Below are positions 27,501 through 36,260 of a stretch of 64,000 bases of DNA, in pieces. The stretch spans positions 25,594 to 89,593 of the forward strand of contig JBQLZK010000025.1 of the NCBI GenBank assembly GCA_052168235.1, given 5' to 3'. A program made the position numbers and the translations under genes. The notes beneath the pieces are model-generated. The model had not been told where the DNA came from. It did no database searches and saw only the letters and a list, made by a program, of their open reading frames with translations. The stretch comes from Thainema sp. GTDB lineage: Bacteria > Cyanobacteriota > Cyanobacteriia > Phormidesmidales > Phormidesmidaceae. The first letter of the stretch is position 1; every line of letters begins with the position of its first letter.

Positions 27501-30224
27501 TTGGGCTACAGGCACTCCGCGCAAAGCGACTTGCTCTCGATTTGAGGGCAGAACCAGGGATAGGGGCGGAGTGGCTTCCAGCGTCAGAGCAGACGTGTCA
27601 GGGATTTCAGTTTCAGGTTTACCACCATTGCCATTACCGTTACCGTTGCCATTGCCGTTGCCGTTGCCATTACCGCCGTTCGAAGGAGCGATATCAATTG
27701 GAATTTGAACGGCTTCTGAACGCGACACACCATCGGTCGCCTGTAGCGTGAAAGCTGTGACCTCTCCGCTCATGCCTTCTAAAGGAGTGTATTGGAGTTG
27801 ATCCGTGGTAGCAACTTCATCTCCCGGTTCGATAGCTACTCCATTTCTCAGCAGAGTACCGTTGATTGAATTCACAATGAATGTCGTGTTATCGCTGTTG
27901 AGATCTGTGATTTCTGGATTCAGGTTGCCTAGTGTAAAAGATACGGGTTGGTCAATTCTGGTAGAGGGTAGTGGTTCAGTAACGGACAGCGTAGGTGAGG
28001 TATTAACTGAGGTGATGGTGATGTTAGGCGTGGGATTTGCGCTGCCGCCAGTGGCTAAGACTGGAAAGCTGCCGCTAGCGAGGACACTGTCGGCTGCGAT
28101 CGCACCTGCAGTACCGTTAGGGCTAGTGCTCCCAACCACCAACGGCACGTTGTTCGGTCCGCCATCATGTTGAATCGTAACCGTGCCGCCACCAAGATTG
28201 TCTACTGCGCGGATTGTGGTGTTGGGTGCAGAGGCGACTGAACTTGTTCCGCTCACCGTCCCGTTGGCAATAACCGTAACACTGCCTGCCGGGGCAACGC
28301 TAGCATTACTGCTGGCATCAATAGATTCGAACGCAACATTGCTATCTGAATTGATCGTGACTTGGCCGCCTGCTACAGAATTAAACGTCGTGTCGATATG
28401 GCCAATTTGAACATCTGCACCGGAAATGCTGACGTTTCCTCCTCCCGTTTCCAGTCGTGTACCTGGACTCGCGTTAACTAAACCGCTTCCATTACCATCA
28501 GAGTCTGCTGTTAAATTCACCGTGAGCGATCCGCCAGCGACAAACTCAATATTGTCATTTAAAGTAATGTCGTTGATGGCTGCTAATGAGAGCGTTGCAG
28601 CAGGCCCAGAGGCTTTTTGAATCGTGGCTCCGGCTTGCTGGGTAATGTTTCCGGCTTCAGTGCCGCTGCTGTTGGTGACAATTAAAACGTTGGTGCCACT
28701 GTTGAGCGCACTGTTAATGTTCGCGACCTCAATCACAGTTGAATTAATCGGCCCACCTCCACCAGAAACAATGGTAATATCCGTCGGATCGATCAGCCAG
28801 GTGCCGCCAACTCCATTAGGGGCGCTAGTATCGGGTGTGCGAGATAGATTGAGCCGAACACCAGCAGACGTTTCAATTAATCCACCATTGCCTGATAGAT
28901 CGCCGCCGCGTGCAGTTAACGAACCATTCACAGTGGCGGTCGTATCGGCCCAAACAACGATACTGCCCCCATTTTCAGAGCGCGTCGTGGCATTGGCTGA
29001 GACAACAGAAGCAGCATCAATTTGCGTTGTATTTGCGCGGGGTAAACTATTTCCTCCTTGGACATCACCGCCGATTCGCACGCTGCCGCCACCAAAGGTT
29101 CCTGAGGCATTCGCTTCAGCATTGAGTAGCGAAACTTGTTGTCCTAGCAGGTAGATTTGTCCGCCGCGATCGCCTTCAGTGGAAAGGGTTCCCGATGCGA
29201 TGACGCTGCCTAGTTCAATGGGAGCCGTTGCCGAGGTGGAAGCAAGTCGGATCGTGCCATCCGGGTCTTGAACCAGAGTCAGATTGTTGTCGGTAAGAGA
29301 GTTCCCGCCCGTTAGCAGTTCCGGTAGCGATAAGGGATCGAACGGTTGCTGACTGTTGGGGTTTACGGACGGTGTAATCTCCAGGCTAAGGAGCATATTC
29401 CCTTGGCTGAGGCGCACCCGATTTTCTCCCGGTACGGCGAGCAGCGTAATGGTGCCCTCGGGAGCAGTGAGATTGCCCAGACTCACCACTTCCCCGCCCA
29501 TCAGCGTTAGGTCTTGGCCTGTATCGACCGTCAAATTACCCAGATTCAGAATCGTTCCCGGTAGCTCACTGGTAAAGGCAAACTGATTCGGTGTTCCAGT
29601 CAGCGCCTGATATCCGGCTGGGTTCATGACATCCAACCAGGTATCGCCAAAGCCGATCTGATTGGCCGTCGTTGCTGTGAAAGCGCCATTGAGGTTGAGC
29701 GTAGCGTCCGGGCCAAAGATAATACCTGCCGGATTGATCAGATAAAGGTTGGCGTTGCCGCCGCTCACCTGGAGTAGACCGTTAATGATGGAGGCATTTC
29801 CCCCGTTGACGGTGCCCAGAATATTCTGAATTTCGGGAGCAGCGATGAAGTTAGCAATCTGGTCGGCACTGAGGCCAAATTCCTGGAAGCTGTGAAACAG
29901 GTTAGTGCCGTCACCGGAACGCTGCCCCTCAGTGATGTCAAGGCGGTTGCCAGTGGGAGTCACCACTGTCCCTGTGCCATCACTGCTGGGAACAATGGCT
30001 TGAGCAACAAGCTGATCTGGCGAGACTTGGACTGAGTGATTACGCCTGGTGCCCAAAAACTCTGGCTGTATCGATTCCGGTGAGGAGACAAGCTGAACTG
30101 CGATCGCACCTAATAGATCACCAGTTTCGGTTGTTTCAGCATAGGAAGCCGTGACAGGTTGCTGCGTCGGAGGCAGGCTAGGGGGGATGATGAGGACATG
30201 GGGGGGCAAGTGGGGAATGACCAT
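24552..30224 (-). CDS. Filamentous haemagglutinin (TPS) domain + Ig/cadherin-like + TPR + CHAT caspase-like protease
   Basis: NLFHSFQEFGL and LINPAGIIFG TPS motifs; GTWLIDP; TPRs (SLNNLA, ALTNLG); CHAT IHLATHG (His), VILSACDTG (Cys), SLWQVPD, WAAF. Confidence 0.92.
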   Translation of the reverse strand: MVIPHLPPHVLIIPPSLPPTQQPVTASYAETTETGDLLGAIAVQLVSSPESIQPEFLGTRRNHSVQVSPDQLVAQAIVPSSDGTGTVVTPTGNRLDITEGQRSGDGTNLFHSFQEFGLSADQIANFIAAPEIQNILGTVNGGNASIINGLLQVSGGNANLYLINPAGIIFGPDATLNLNGAFTATTANQIGFGDTWLDVMNPAGYQALTGTPNQFAFTSELPGTILNLGNLTVDTGQDLTLMGGEVVSLGNLTAPEGTITLLAVPGENRVRLSQGNMLLSLEITPSVNPNSQQPFDPLSLPELLTGGNSLTDNNLTLVQDPDGTIRLASTSATAPIELGSVIASGTLSTEGDRGGQIYLLGQQVSLLNAEANASGTFGGGSVRIGGDVQGGNSLPRANTTQIDAASVVSANATTRSENGGSIVVWADTTATVNGSLTARGGDLSGNGGLIETSAGVRLNLSRTPDTSAPNGVGGTWLIDPTDITIVSGGGGPINSTVIEVANINSALNSGTNVLIVTNSSGTEAGNITQQAGATIQKASGPAATLSLAAINDITLNDNIEFVAGGSLTVNLTADSDGNGSGLVNASPGTRLETGGGNVSISGADVQIGHIDTTFNSVAGGQVTINSDSNVAFESIDASSNASVAPAGSVTVIANGTVSGTSSVASAPNTTIRAVDNLGGGTVTIQHDGGPNNVPLVVGSTSPNGTAGAIAADSVLASGSFPVLATGGSANPTPNITITSVNTSPTLSVTEPLPSTRIDQPVSFTLGNLNPEITDLNSDNTTFIVNSINGTLLRNGVAIEPGDEVATTDQLQYTPLEGMSGEVTAFTLQATDGVSRSEAVQIPIDIAPSNGGNGNGNGNGNGNGNGNGGKPETEIPDTSALTLEATPPLSLVLPSNREQVALRGVPVAQSPLLEELSILGMVLPEPSWLIVEATVVTGTGNGSSGNSGGNAANFPSSGFTIETSPDFGQPGDPGGTADFGQLQEPDDPPPDDSPVDPQVDPQVDPQTEPQPEDPSADSSSASVEDTAAGTLPAESSPSASVDVAEDSASEAESSTGEPGADSVATRPEEATTEPTTESTANSNSTVNQQLKNCQAEAEKIQATAARDRTSTVYQRLIDCYEGNLATATAQNNSQWVAYSLNNLAISYFVLGDYLTALDLHQQQLEKATAINDPTQKGIALGGIGAAYAALGDYATAIDFYRRSLEVMPIETAPQWKALTYRNLGNAYFAEKNYAQAADYQKTSLDISRGASDTYGEMQAYGNLGATLAIQGNFADAIAAYENGLALATTLNNELETAQILLGLSTAYAYQQNYEQAYRYSQESLTIVRQLGASLGEGIALTNLGNALLYLERLPEAEQALFSAVAIWESLRAGLGTNNDFKVSIFETQLAAYRNLQEVLVTQGKIAPALEISERGRARAFVELLAREQFDPRQAGELSSPTLAQMQQISRSQNATLVEYSIIRDQAAEAPHAVSVQNPIEPRDARLYIWVVQPNGTVQFRQVSLRDSLSASSVQSVVTEARLALTGRSLDTAVANNRGIGIVADAARSTPIRPGDFVRRQGDLPNIAPYQVVSVSADGQTVTVTHPEFVLPNPVLPVDQIYRVDEATPKANPLQQLHALLIDPISDLLPSDPTAPVIFVPQEHLFLVPFAALQDDQGRYLIEQYTPAITPSIQALELLNQTTTNSRAITTEALIVGNPSPMPGNYAPLPSAETEAASIAELLSTSPLLGDVATESQIKDQLSSASLIHLATHGQFDESQPLQGAVALAPDARNDGFLTAAEILDLPLQADLVILSACDTGRGRITGDGVIGLSRSFMAAGVPRVVVSLWQVPDAPTAELMIAFHQQRLQGLDTAQALRQAMLSTREVYPDPAVWAAFVQIGSTSAPEIADF
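27621..27680 (-). repeat. Coding (Asn-Gly)n low-complexity linker
   Basis: Degenerate hexamer repeat encoding NGGNGNGNGNGNGNGNGNGG. Confidence 0.9.
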
Positions 30225-30262
30225 GACCTAATACTCCAATCAAAACTAGAGGGCAATTGGTG

Positions 30263-31003
30263 TTATTCGACAGGTGTTGGCTCAGTTTCAGCAACCTGGC
30301 AGCAGTCAGTTAGCGGCTGGTTCACCAAGTCACCGAGCTGAACGAAATCATGTTCAAGTAAGCTGGCCCAGACTTCCAGCAGCGCTTCGGACGAGGGATT
30401 GCTCAGTCGCAGGTCGCCCAATTCAGTGAGGGTGTCGTACCACAAACCATCGCTAGCTAAAAGGTCAATCCGCTCTTGGGGAGAGGCATTGGCCAGTTGT
30501 TCAGCAAATTCTGGAGAAGGAGATCGCCGCACTACTATGCCGCTTGTCCAGGGATCAGCCTCGTCTTCACTGGGACAATCAACCGACACTGTCCAACGAT
30601 AGGGTTCACCGACAGTTAGTTCTGGAACGTCCACGGGAGCAGGCAAACGGCTGATGCCGACCTGGGCAATATCAGCATAAGTAGCTTGATACAATACCTG
30701 ATCAGTGCTGGCCTGTGTGAGCGTCAGATGAAGGGTGCGATTCGGTTCAGACACATACACCCAGAACGTGGGTTGCGGCTGTAGCGTTTCGCCCCAGTGG
30801 GTTTGGGTGGGTTCCAAAACAACAATGCCGCAGCCACGACTGCCCGCATCGCGTACCGTGCTACTGCGACCGGGAGCACCGCGATTGGGTGGATTATAGG
30901 GAACCGCATTTGCCACCGATAGAAAACTAAAGAGGCTAACTGCGATCGCACTCACACCTCCGCAAACCATCCGATACAAGCCTTTATCAATCCGTTTCAT
31001 CAA
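30263..31003 (-). CDS. DUF928 domain exported protein
   Basis: Signal peptide (VANA); PPNRGAP..AGSRG-C, PTFWVYV, YRWTVSVDC, GLWYDTL, W.SLL. Confidence 0.88.
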   Translation of the reverse strand: MMKRIDKGLYRMVCGGVSAIAVSLFSFLSVANAVPYNPPNRGAPGRSSTVRDAGSRGCGIVVLEPTQTHWGETLQPQPTFWVYVSEPNRTLHLTLTQASTDQVLYQATYADIAQVGISRLPAPVDVPELTVGEPYRWTVSVDCPSEDEADPWTSGIVVRRSPSPEFAEQLANASPQERIDLLASDGLWYDTLTELGDLRLSNPSSEALLEVWASLLEHDFVQLGDLVNQPLTDCCQVAETEPTPVE

Positions 31004-33405
31004 CGTAACCTCCTACGAACGTCCGTTTGAGCCAGCAGGCGGGCAGCGATCAGCGTGCCGCCGCTGGTGCTGATCAGACCAATCGCTGCTGGGACGAGTG
31101 GCACCCATAAGCCTAAATTCAGCAACCCCCATGCCAAGCCATATAGCCCTAACATAGCCAGCCCGGAAGCCAAGGCTGTGAAGCTAAGGCGCTGGCATCG
31201 CCAGCCGATTAAACCGCCGATGCCAGCCCAGCCCACCATCCACAGCGTTTCAGCCCATTCTGGCCAGGTGCTGATCGGCGCTCGACCATCCAACGCGGCT
31301 GCGAGCAGTTGATTAATCATTTGAGCCTGTAGGATGACGCCGGGAATGCGCTCACGCGGCCATGCCTGAGCGCCTGCGGGCGTTGTGAAGTAATCGGTGG
31401 GATTGGAAACGGGTGCTGACATGCCGATTAACACCACATAATGCTGCAAACTGCTGATCGGGTTGCCGTTACGGTCTTGCAACGAGAAATTGTCGCTCAG
31501 GACATCGGACAGCGTCACCCGCTGCATAAACCGATCCGGGTCAGCGTAATTCAGCAGAACCTGAAAGCCCCAGTGATCTAAGCTGTGATACGGCCCGGAG
31601 TTGGCTGCCAAAGGCACGAGCTGAGCTTTGCCGAGCTGTAGGTGATCGTTGGGCAGGTTTTCCGGTTGGATATTCGCAGTCGTATAGAGGTGTTGGATGG
31701 CCAGTAGCGCACTGAGGGAAAAGCTAGTGGCACAGGGGTCGTCCGTCTCCGGCTCCATAAACAGCAACTGGCGGCGCATGATGCCATCGTGATCCTCCAA
31801 GACGTTGCTAAAGCCAAGCCGATCGCTGGGCAGTTGGGGCGGTGGAGCAATACCGCTTTGGGCATCGTTCCGCGCAATTTGGACGCTACACAAACCGACT
31901 AGATTGTCTTGCTCAGCCAACTGAGTTTGTAGAGAGCTGTTTGGATCGATGCGATCGCGAAAAATATCCAATCCAATCACGCTGGGATTGTACGGCTCCA
32001 GCCGATCAATTGCTGCCGCCAGGACATCATCGGGCAGGGGATAGCCATAGCGGTTCACGTCATCTTCCGTTGCTTCGATCACCAGAATTCGTTGGGGAGT
32101 AACTTGGGGCAATCGCTGTTGCAGTAAGCGATCATAAGTCCGCAGTTCCCAAGCCTGAAAACCGCCCATGCTTCGGATCACCAGGATTAAGGCTGATACC
32201 GCTAGGCTAGAGAACAGCGCCAGTCGCCATTGAGGTTGAGGCAACAACGGTTCAGCGGGGGGTGGGGGCATTGCTGGCGCTGCTTCAGCTCGTTGCAGCT
32301 CTGCCCAAGTGGGTGGGGCATCAGGTGCCGTTTGGTACAGTACAGGCAACCAACTGGCGCAGGGAAACTCGCTTTCCATTCCTTGCAGCCGCTCCCGTGC
32401 CTGACGCAACGCGAGAGGTAAGGACTGACCCGCCGCATAGGCAGGCAAAAGATAGGTGAGAAAGAGCTGAGCAATCCGATCCGGTACGGGCTGCCGCATG
32501 ACGATGATCTGGGGCAGATTCAGTGGCTCTAGGTCATGGGCGAGTCCCAGTCCGTCGCAGGAGTTAAATATGGCCAGTTTCAAACCACGGGCAATGGCCC
32601 GCCGTAAGCCGTACTTCAGCTCTTCCAGGGTTAGACTTTCCTGAGGATTGAGAAAAATCCGTCCAGTCACCTCAGAACTGCTACGAATATTCTCACTAGC
32701 ACTAGCACTAGCACTGTCGCTGTGTCCGGCAAAGAACAGAATATCCCAGGGGCATTCCCAGAGCTGATCGGTAATCTCCTGCCGCTGCGGTTCCACCAGG
32801 AAGGTCACGTTGGCATTTGGTAACGAGGAAAGCAAAGCGCGATCGCAACTAATATCAATCCCCGCACTATGACCCAAAATCGCCAGGATATTGACCTGAT
32901 TAGAGGCCACAGGTGCGATCGCAGATTGCCGTTTGAAGTGGGGTGCACTCAGAGTCACCTCGGCGTGCGTGTAGCGGTCTAGGAATTCCCAGAGGTGCCA
33001 GGGAAGCTGGTGCAAAGCGGGATTAGCGGTGCGAATCACCAACCGGATGCTGTCGTTGGGATGCAGTTCTTCCCGCAGCAGACGATCAATGGCACGAAAG
33101 GTCTCTGCACTCAGCCAGCGATTAAATTGCTGTCGCAGTGTCTGAGCCATGCGTTCACAGGCTTTGACCTGCTGAATTGAGCCGATATAGACGATTTCTT
33201 TGGGCCGAATTCGATTCGGTGCATCGAGCTGACGATAAACCTGTTGCCATGCATTGAGCCGCTCTTGCAAATCGGGATCGGCGGGCAGAGCACCCGTCAT
33301 TACGGCATCGGGGCGCTGTCCGTCAGCTCCAATTTCCATCGTGACCCGGAAACCTTGGCTAGCAAGGTCGCCATCGAAAGTCAGGGTAACGAGCTGGTGA
33401 CGCAT
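31000..33405 (-). CDS. CHAT-CHASE2 membrane protein (N-terminal caspase-like domain, TM, CHASE2, 3 TM)
   Basis: LPWHLW, FFAGHS (His), IFNSCDG (Cys), IVMRQPV; CHASE2 ELRTYD, IGLDIFRD, GFSNV..D.DGIMRR, PGVILQAQM. Confidence 0.9.
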   Translation of the reverse strand: MRHQLVTLTFDGDLASQGFRVTMEIGADGQRPDAVMTGALPADPDLQERLNAWQQVYRQLDAPNRIRPKEIVYIGSIQQVKACERMAQTLRQQFNRWLSAETFRAIDRLLREELHPNDSIRLVIRTANPALHQLPWHLWEFLDRYTHAEVTLSAPHFKRQSAIAPVASNQVNILAILGHSAGIDISCDRALLSSLPNANVTFLVEPQRQEITDQLWECPWDILFFAGHSDSASASASENIRSSSEVTGRIFLNPQESLTLEELKYGLRRAIARGLKLAIFNSCDGLGLAHDLEPLNLPQIIVMRQPVPDRIAQLFLTYLLPAYAAGQSLPLALRQARERLQGMESEFPCASWLPVLYQTAPDAPPTWAELQRAEAAPAMPPPPAEPLLPQPQWRLALFSSLAVSALILVIRSMGGFQAWELRTYDRLLQQRLPQVTPQRILVIEATEDDVNRYGYPLPDDVLAAAIDRLEPYNPSVIGLDIFRDRIDPNSSLQTQLAEQDNLVGLCSVQIARNDAQSGIAPPPQLPSDRLGFSNVLEDHDGIMRRQLLFMEPETDDPCATSFSLSALLAIQHLYTTANIQPENLPNDHLQLGKAQLVPLAANSGPYHSLDHWGFQVLLNYADPDRFMQRVTLSDVLSDNFSLQDRNGNPISSLQHYVVLIGMSAPVSNPTDYFTTPAGAQAWPRERIPGVILQAQMINQLLAAALDGRAPISTWPEWAETLWMVGWAGIGGLIGWRCQRLSFTALASGLAMLGLYGLAWGLLNLGLWVPLVPAAIGLISTSGGTLIAARLLAQTDVRRRLR

Positions 33406-33488
33406 GGGGGCTGTTTAGGGTTACAACTTGAAGGGGAAAGATTATCCAGTGATACTGACTCCGGCGAGAAAGAATCCAAATATCGGTT

Positions 33489-33590
33489 GTGTATCAAGGC
33501 CGTTGAGATCCCCCTAAATCCCCCTTAATAAGAGGGACTTTGAGCCAATTCCCCCCTTCCTAAGGGGGACTAGGGGGGATCTTCTACACA
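33489..33590. mobile_element. MITE-like element with GATCCCCC...GGGGGATC core
   Basis: Core 33507-33581 with two CCCC/GGGG hairpins; TGTGTA / TACACA ends; related core at 2626-2741. Confidence 0.75.
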
Positions 33591-33628
33591 TGCTCAACAT
33601 CACAGTCAGCAACTTTTCAAACATCCTT

Positions 33629-34594
33629 TTACACCTGAAACACTTCGGTCAGGATGCGATCGCGCCAGCTAACCTGAACGCTGAATCGCTCACCCGGTTC
33701 GGCCTCAAACTTCAGTTGAATCGCCTCTGTCTGGCGGGCTTCGGCCTGCATCACGACTGCATTTGACTCATCCAGCACCCTGAGCTGTAACGCACTGGGC
33801 AGATGAAGCTGGTCACCTGCCGAGCGAATCTGCACCCAAATCTCAATATTGTCCTGATCCTGGGGAATCAGTCCCACCAAAAGATTGACCGTCGTGGCTG
33901 CCGCTCCCTCTCCCAGCCGCAGCGGCTTAACCTGGCCAATTTCCGGGACAGGCTGGGGTTCCGTCTCCATTGATTGAGATGAGCCGCGAAAGGCAAACGA
34001 CGGCGACGGCACAGCCAGTTCAGTCAAGGCATCGGATAGAGCTTGCCAACCCGCTGTCGTTACGTCCTGCAACCAGCGACTTAAATAAACGGGCATGGGT
34101 TCCGCAGCGCACTGCTCCAGATAAGCACCCAAGTCTGCCAAGGGGCGCAGCTCTGATAGCGGGACGGAGAGCGCATCACCTGTAAGCGCGGGTAAGGTAT
34201 CGATAAATCCCAGCAGCGTCGCCTGTCGCAAGGATGCGTCAAGTTGAACACCGATATAGCCCACGCGATCGCAGATCACGTCAGCCGGAATTGCGATCGC
34301 AGTTTCAGCGGGCAACACAACTCGACATTCCAGTCGCCCCACCTGCGTGACCAGCAAATCGGCAACATCCAGCAGTGTTTGTTGGGCTGGATCATGGCTG
34401 TAGCTGCGCTCCAGGTCAACATCGTAGCCCAGCGTATCCAGATAAGTTGCCACCGCATAAACGGCCAGGGTATTGAGATAAACGCGCTTTTGCACAGCGG
34501 GCATGGAATGGCGCTGCTGAAATCTCTTAGCCTGACTATGAGCTGTCAACGCTAATGGAATAGTAACGGTAGATAAGTCGCGGATGTCGCTCAT
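33629..34594 (-). CDS. DUF1822 family protein
   Basis: KRVYLNTLAVYAV..YL, GRLECR, DRVGYIGVQ, LSRWL, FAFRG, PGERFSVQV..TEVF. Confidence 0.88.
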   Translation of the reverse strand: MSDIRDLSTVTIPLALTAHSQAKRFQQRHSMPAVQKRVYLNTLAVYAVATYLDTLGYDVDLERSYSHDPAQQTLLDVADLLVTQVGRLECRVVLPAETAIAIPADVICDRVGYIGVQLDASLRQATLLGFIDTLPALTGDALSVPLSELRPLADLGAYLEQCAAEPMPVYLSRWLQDVTTAGWQALSDALTELAVPSPSFAFRGSSQSMETEPQPVPEIGQVKPLRLGEGAAATTVNLLVGLIPQDQDNIEIWVQIRSAGDQLHLPSALQLRVLDESNAVVMQAEARQTEAIQLKFEAEPGERFSVQVSWRDRILTEVFQV

Positions 34595-34635
34595 GGTACT
34601 CGTCTCAGGTGTACGACATGGAAAAAGGCAGTGGG

Positions 34636-35541
34636 CTAGAGCAAGCGCTGAAATTGGGGGGCAAACTTATCGCAGCATCGCTGAAAAAAGCTACTCAGAG
34701 TGGGGATCTTGATGTCGAGATCTGTGGCAATGTCGTCCCAGCTTTGGCCTGCAAATCGAGCAAGAGCAATGACTTGAAAGCTAGCGTCGGGTCGATTGCG
34801 AATATGGGTGGCTTGAAACACTCCTGCTGGATCGGTGGCAATATGCTGGCGCACCTCATCGGCCAGCGAAGATGATTCGGGTGTAGGAGCTGCGATCGCA
34901 TCTAAATCATTCAGCGAGGGCAACTCCTGCGCATCTTGCTCATTGAAGTCGCGGCGACACTCAATAATCTGGCGATCGAGGCGGAAGTTAACCCAGTTCA
35001 TAAACTTTTGCGCTGTACCGCGCTCCGGATCATAGGTGTCGATTTTACGACAAACATAGGTCAGAGTTTGGTTGAGCGCCTCCTCATAGAGCAAGTCATA
35101 AAAAGGAGGCGAGAATTTGCTGCGGTGCGGATGAGCTAACCGCCCCGATCGCCGAATTGCCTCAATTAATTGGGTTAGGGCATGTTGCCGCAGCGGACTG
35201 CGGGCAGGATGTCGCTGAGCCTCTAAAGCCAACTGCTTGAGCTGATCATCGCTGAGAGCAGCTCGCAGCGCTTCTGCTTGGACAGCAGCGCTCCAGTCCT
35301 GAACGGCATCGCGATCGCGCTGATAGCGACCAACCCCGACTGATACAGCGATCAATAGCTGTTCACGTATCTGATCGCGCAGAGCCTGATAGATCTCATG
35401 ATTGGGATCGTCCTTGGGAGGACGGCCCAATTTTTGCGATCGCATCAGCACGGCTACGATTTCCGACAGCGCTTGAGCGCGACTGCTTTCGTCAGTCGCG
35501 TGTTGGGCTTGATGCAGATATTGCTCCAGTTCTGATTCCAT
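34636..35541 (-). CDS. Sigma-70-like (ECF/HetZ-like) DNA-binding protein
   Basis: Region-2-like EALNQTLTYVCRKIDTYDPERG..FMNWVNFRL; C-terminal HTH GQSWDDIATDLDIKIPTLSSFFQR. Confidence 0.78.
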   Translation of the reverse strand: MESELEQYLHQAQHATDESSRAQALSEIVAVLMRSQKLGRPPKDDPNHEIYQALRDQIREQLLIAVSVGVGRYQRDRDAVQDWSAAVQAEALRAALSDDQLKQLALEAQRHPARSPLRQHALTQLIEAIRRSGRLAHPHRSKFSPPFYDLLYEEALNQTLTYVCRKIDTYDPERGTAQKFMNWVNFRLDRQIIECRRDFNEQDAQELPSLNDLDAIAAPTPESSSLADEVRQHIATDPAGVFQATHIRNRPDASFQVIALARFAGQSWDDIATDLDIKIPTLSSFFQRCCDKFAPQFQRLL

Positions 35542-35582
35542 ACGCGCAAACCTGAGGTTGTACTGAATCCGTCCGTGAAAGA

Positions 35583-35673
35583 CTCACATCTTGCACCAAC
35601 TCAGAAGGGTTTATTTTGCCGTCGCGATGGCGGCAAAATAATCGCTTCGGGTTCTCAATGTGCAAGGTGCCAG
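35583..35673. mobile_element. MITE-like element, CTCACATCTTGCAC family
   Basis: CTCACATCTTGCAC ... GTGCAAGGTGCCAG ends; inner hairpin TTATTTTGCCG..CGGCAAAATAA. Confidence 0.7.
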
Positions 35674-36024
35674 ACGTGAAAAGACGAACTCAGCCTGACA
35701 CTCACCGGAAAAAGCCCAGGGAATGCCGTTTTCAGAGTCTACAATGCTGATCGACCCGAATCCGGGCACATCATACATTAAGTAATACTGACGGATTAGG
35801 ATTGCACTCTGCCGAAAACCTGAATTTTGGTTTTCAACTAGAACAGAATCTGAGTTTGACCATGACTCAGTTTCATTTTCTAGATTTTATGCAAATTACC
35901 CACAGGTGTCATAGACAAAATGTATGTTTCTGTGGCAAGTCCATCGTTAGCTCACTCACAATGAAATCGCTGATTGATTGAGACGGCTGAACTTAGGATC
36001 GTGAAAAATAAGTTCGATATTGGT

Positions 36025-36089
36025 TAGGGGCGGGTTTTGCCGTTAACTCTATGGCAAGGTAAAGATTGGTCTACTAAACCCGCCCCTAC
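36025..36089. repeat. REP-like inverted pair with spacer
   Basis: TAGGGGCGGGTTT ... AAACCCGCCCCTAC. Confidence 0.75.
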
Positions 36090-36260
36090 AGTTTGCCAAT
36101 TTATCAAATCTGCACTCCTTAAGACAAAAAATGCAGATTTGCATAATTCTCCTTTTTTCTCATGAGTGAAGGACAGAGAGCAACATTTAAGCACATATCA
36201 ACTTGGTTTCCCGACCATTTGTTTCTCTACAAAAGCTCACTGTTAAGGAGATTGAACTTC

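Noticed and set aside
27621..27680. (Asn-Gly)n repeat as a phase-variation switch
   Set aside because: Unit is 6 bp and codon-degenerate, so slippage keeps the frame; an ordinary linker
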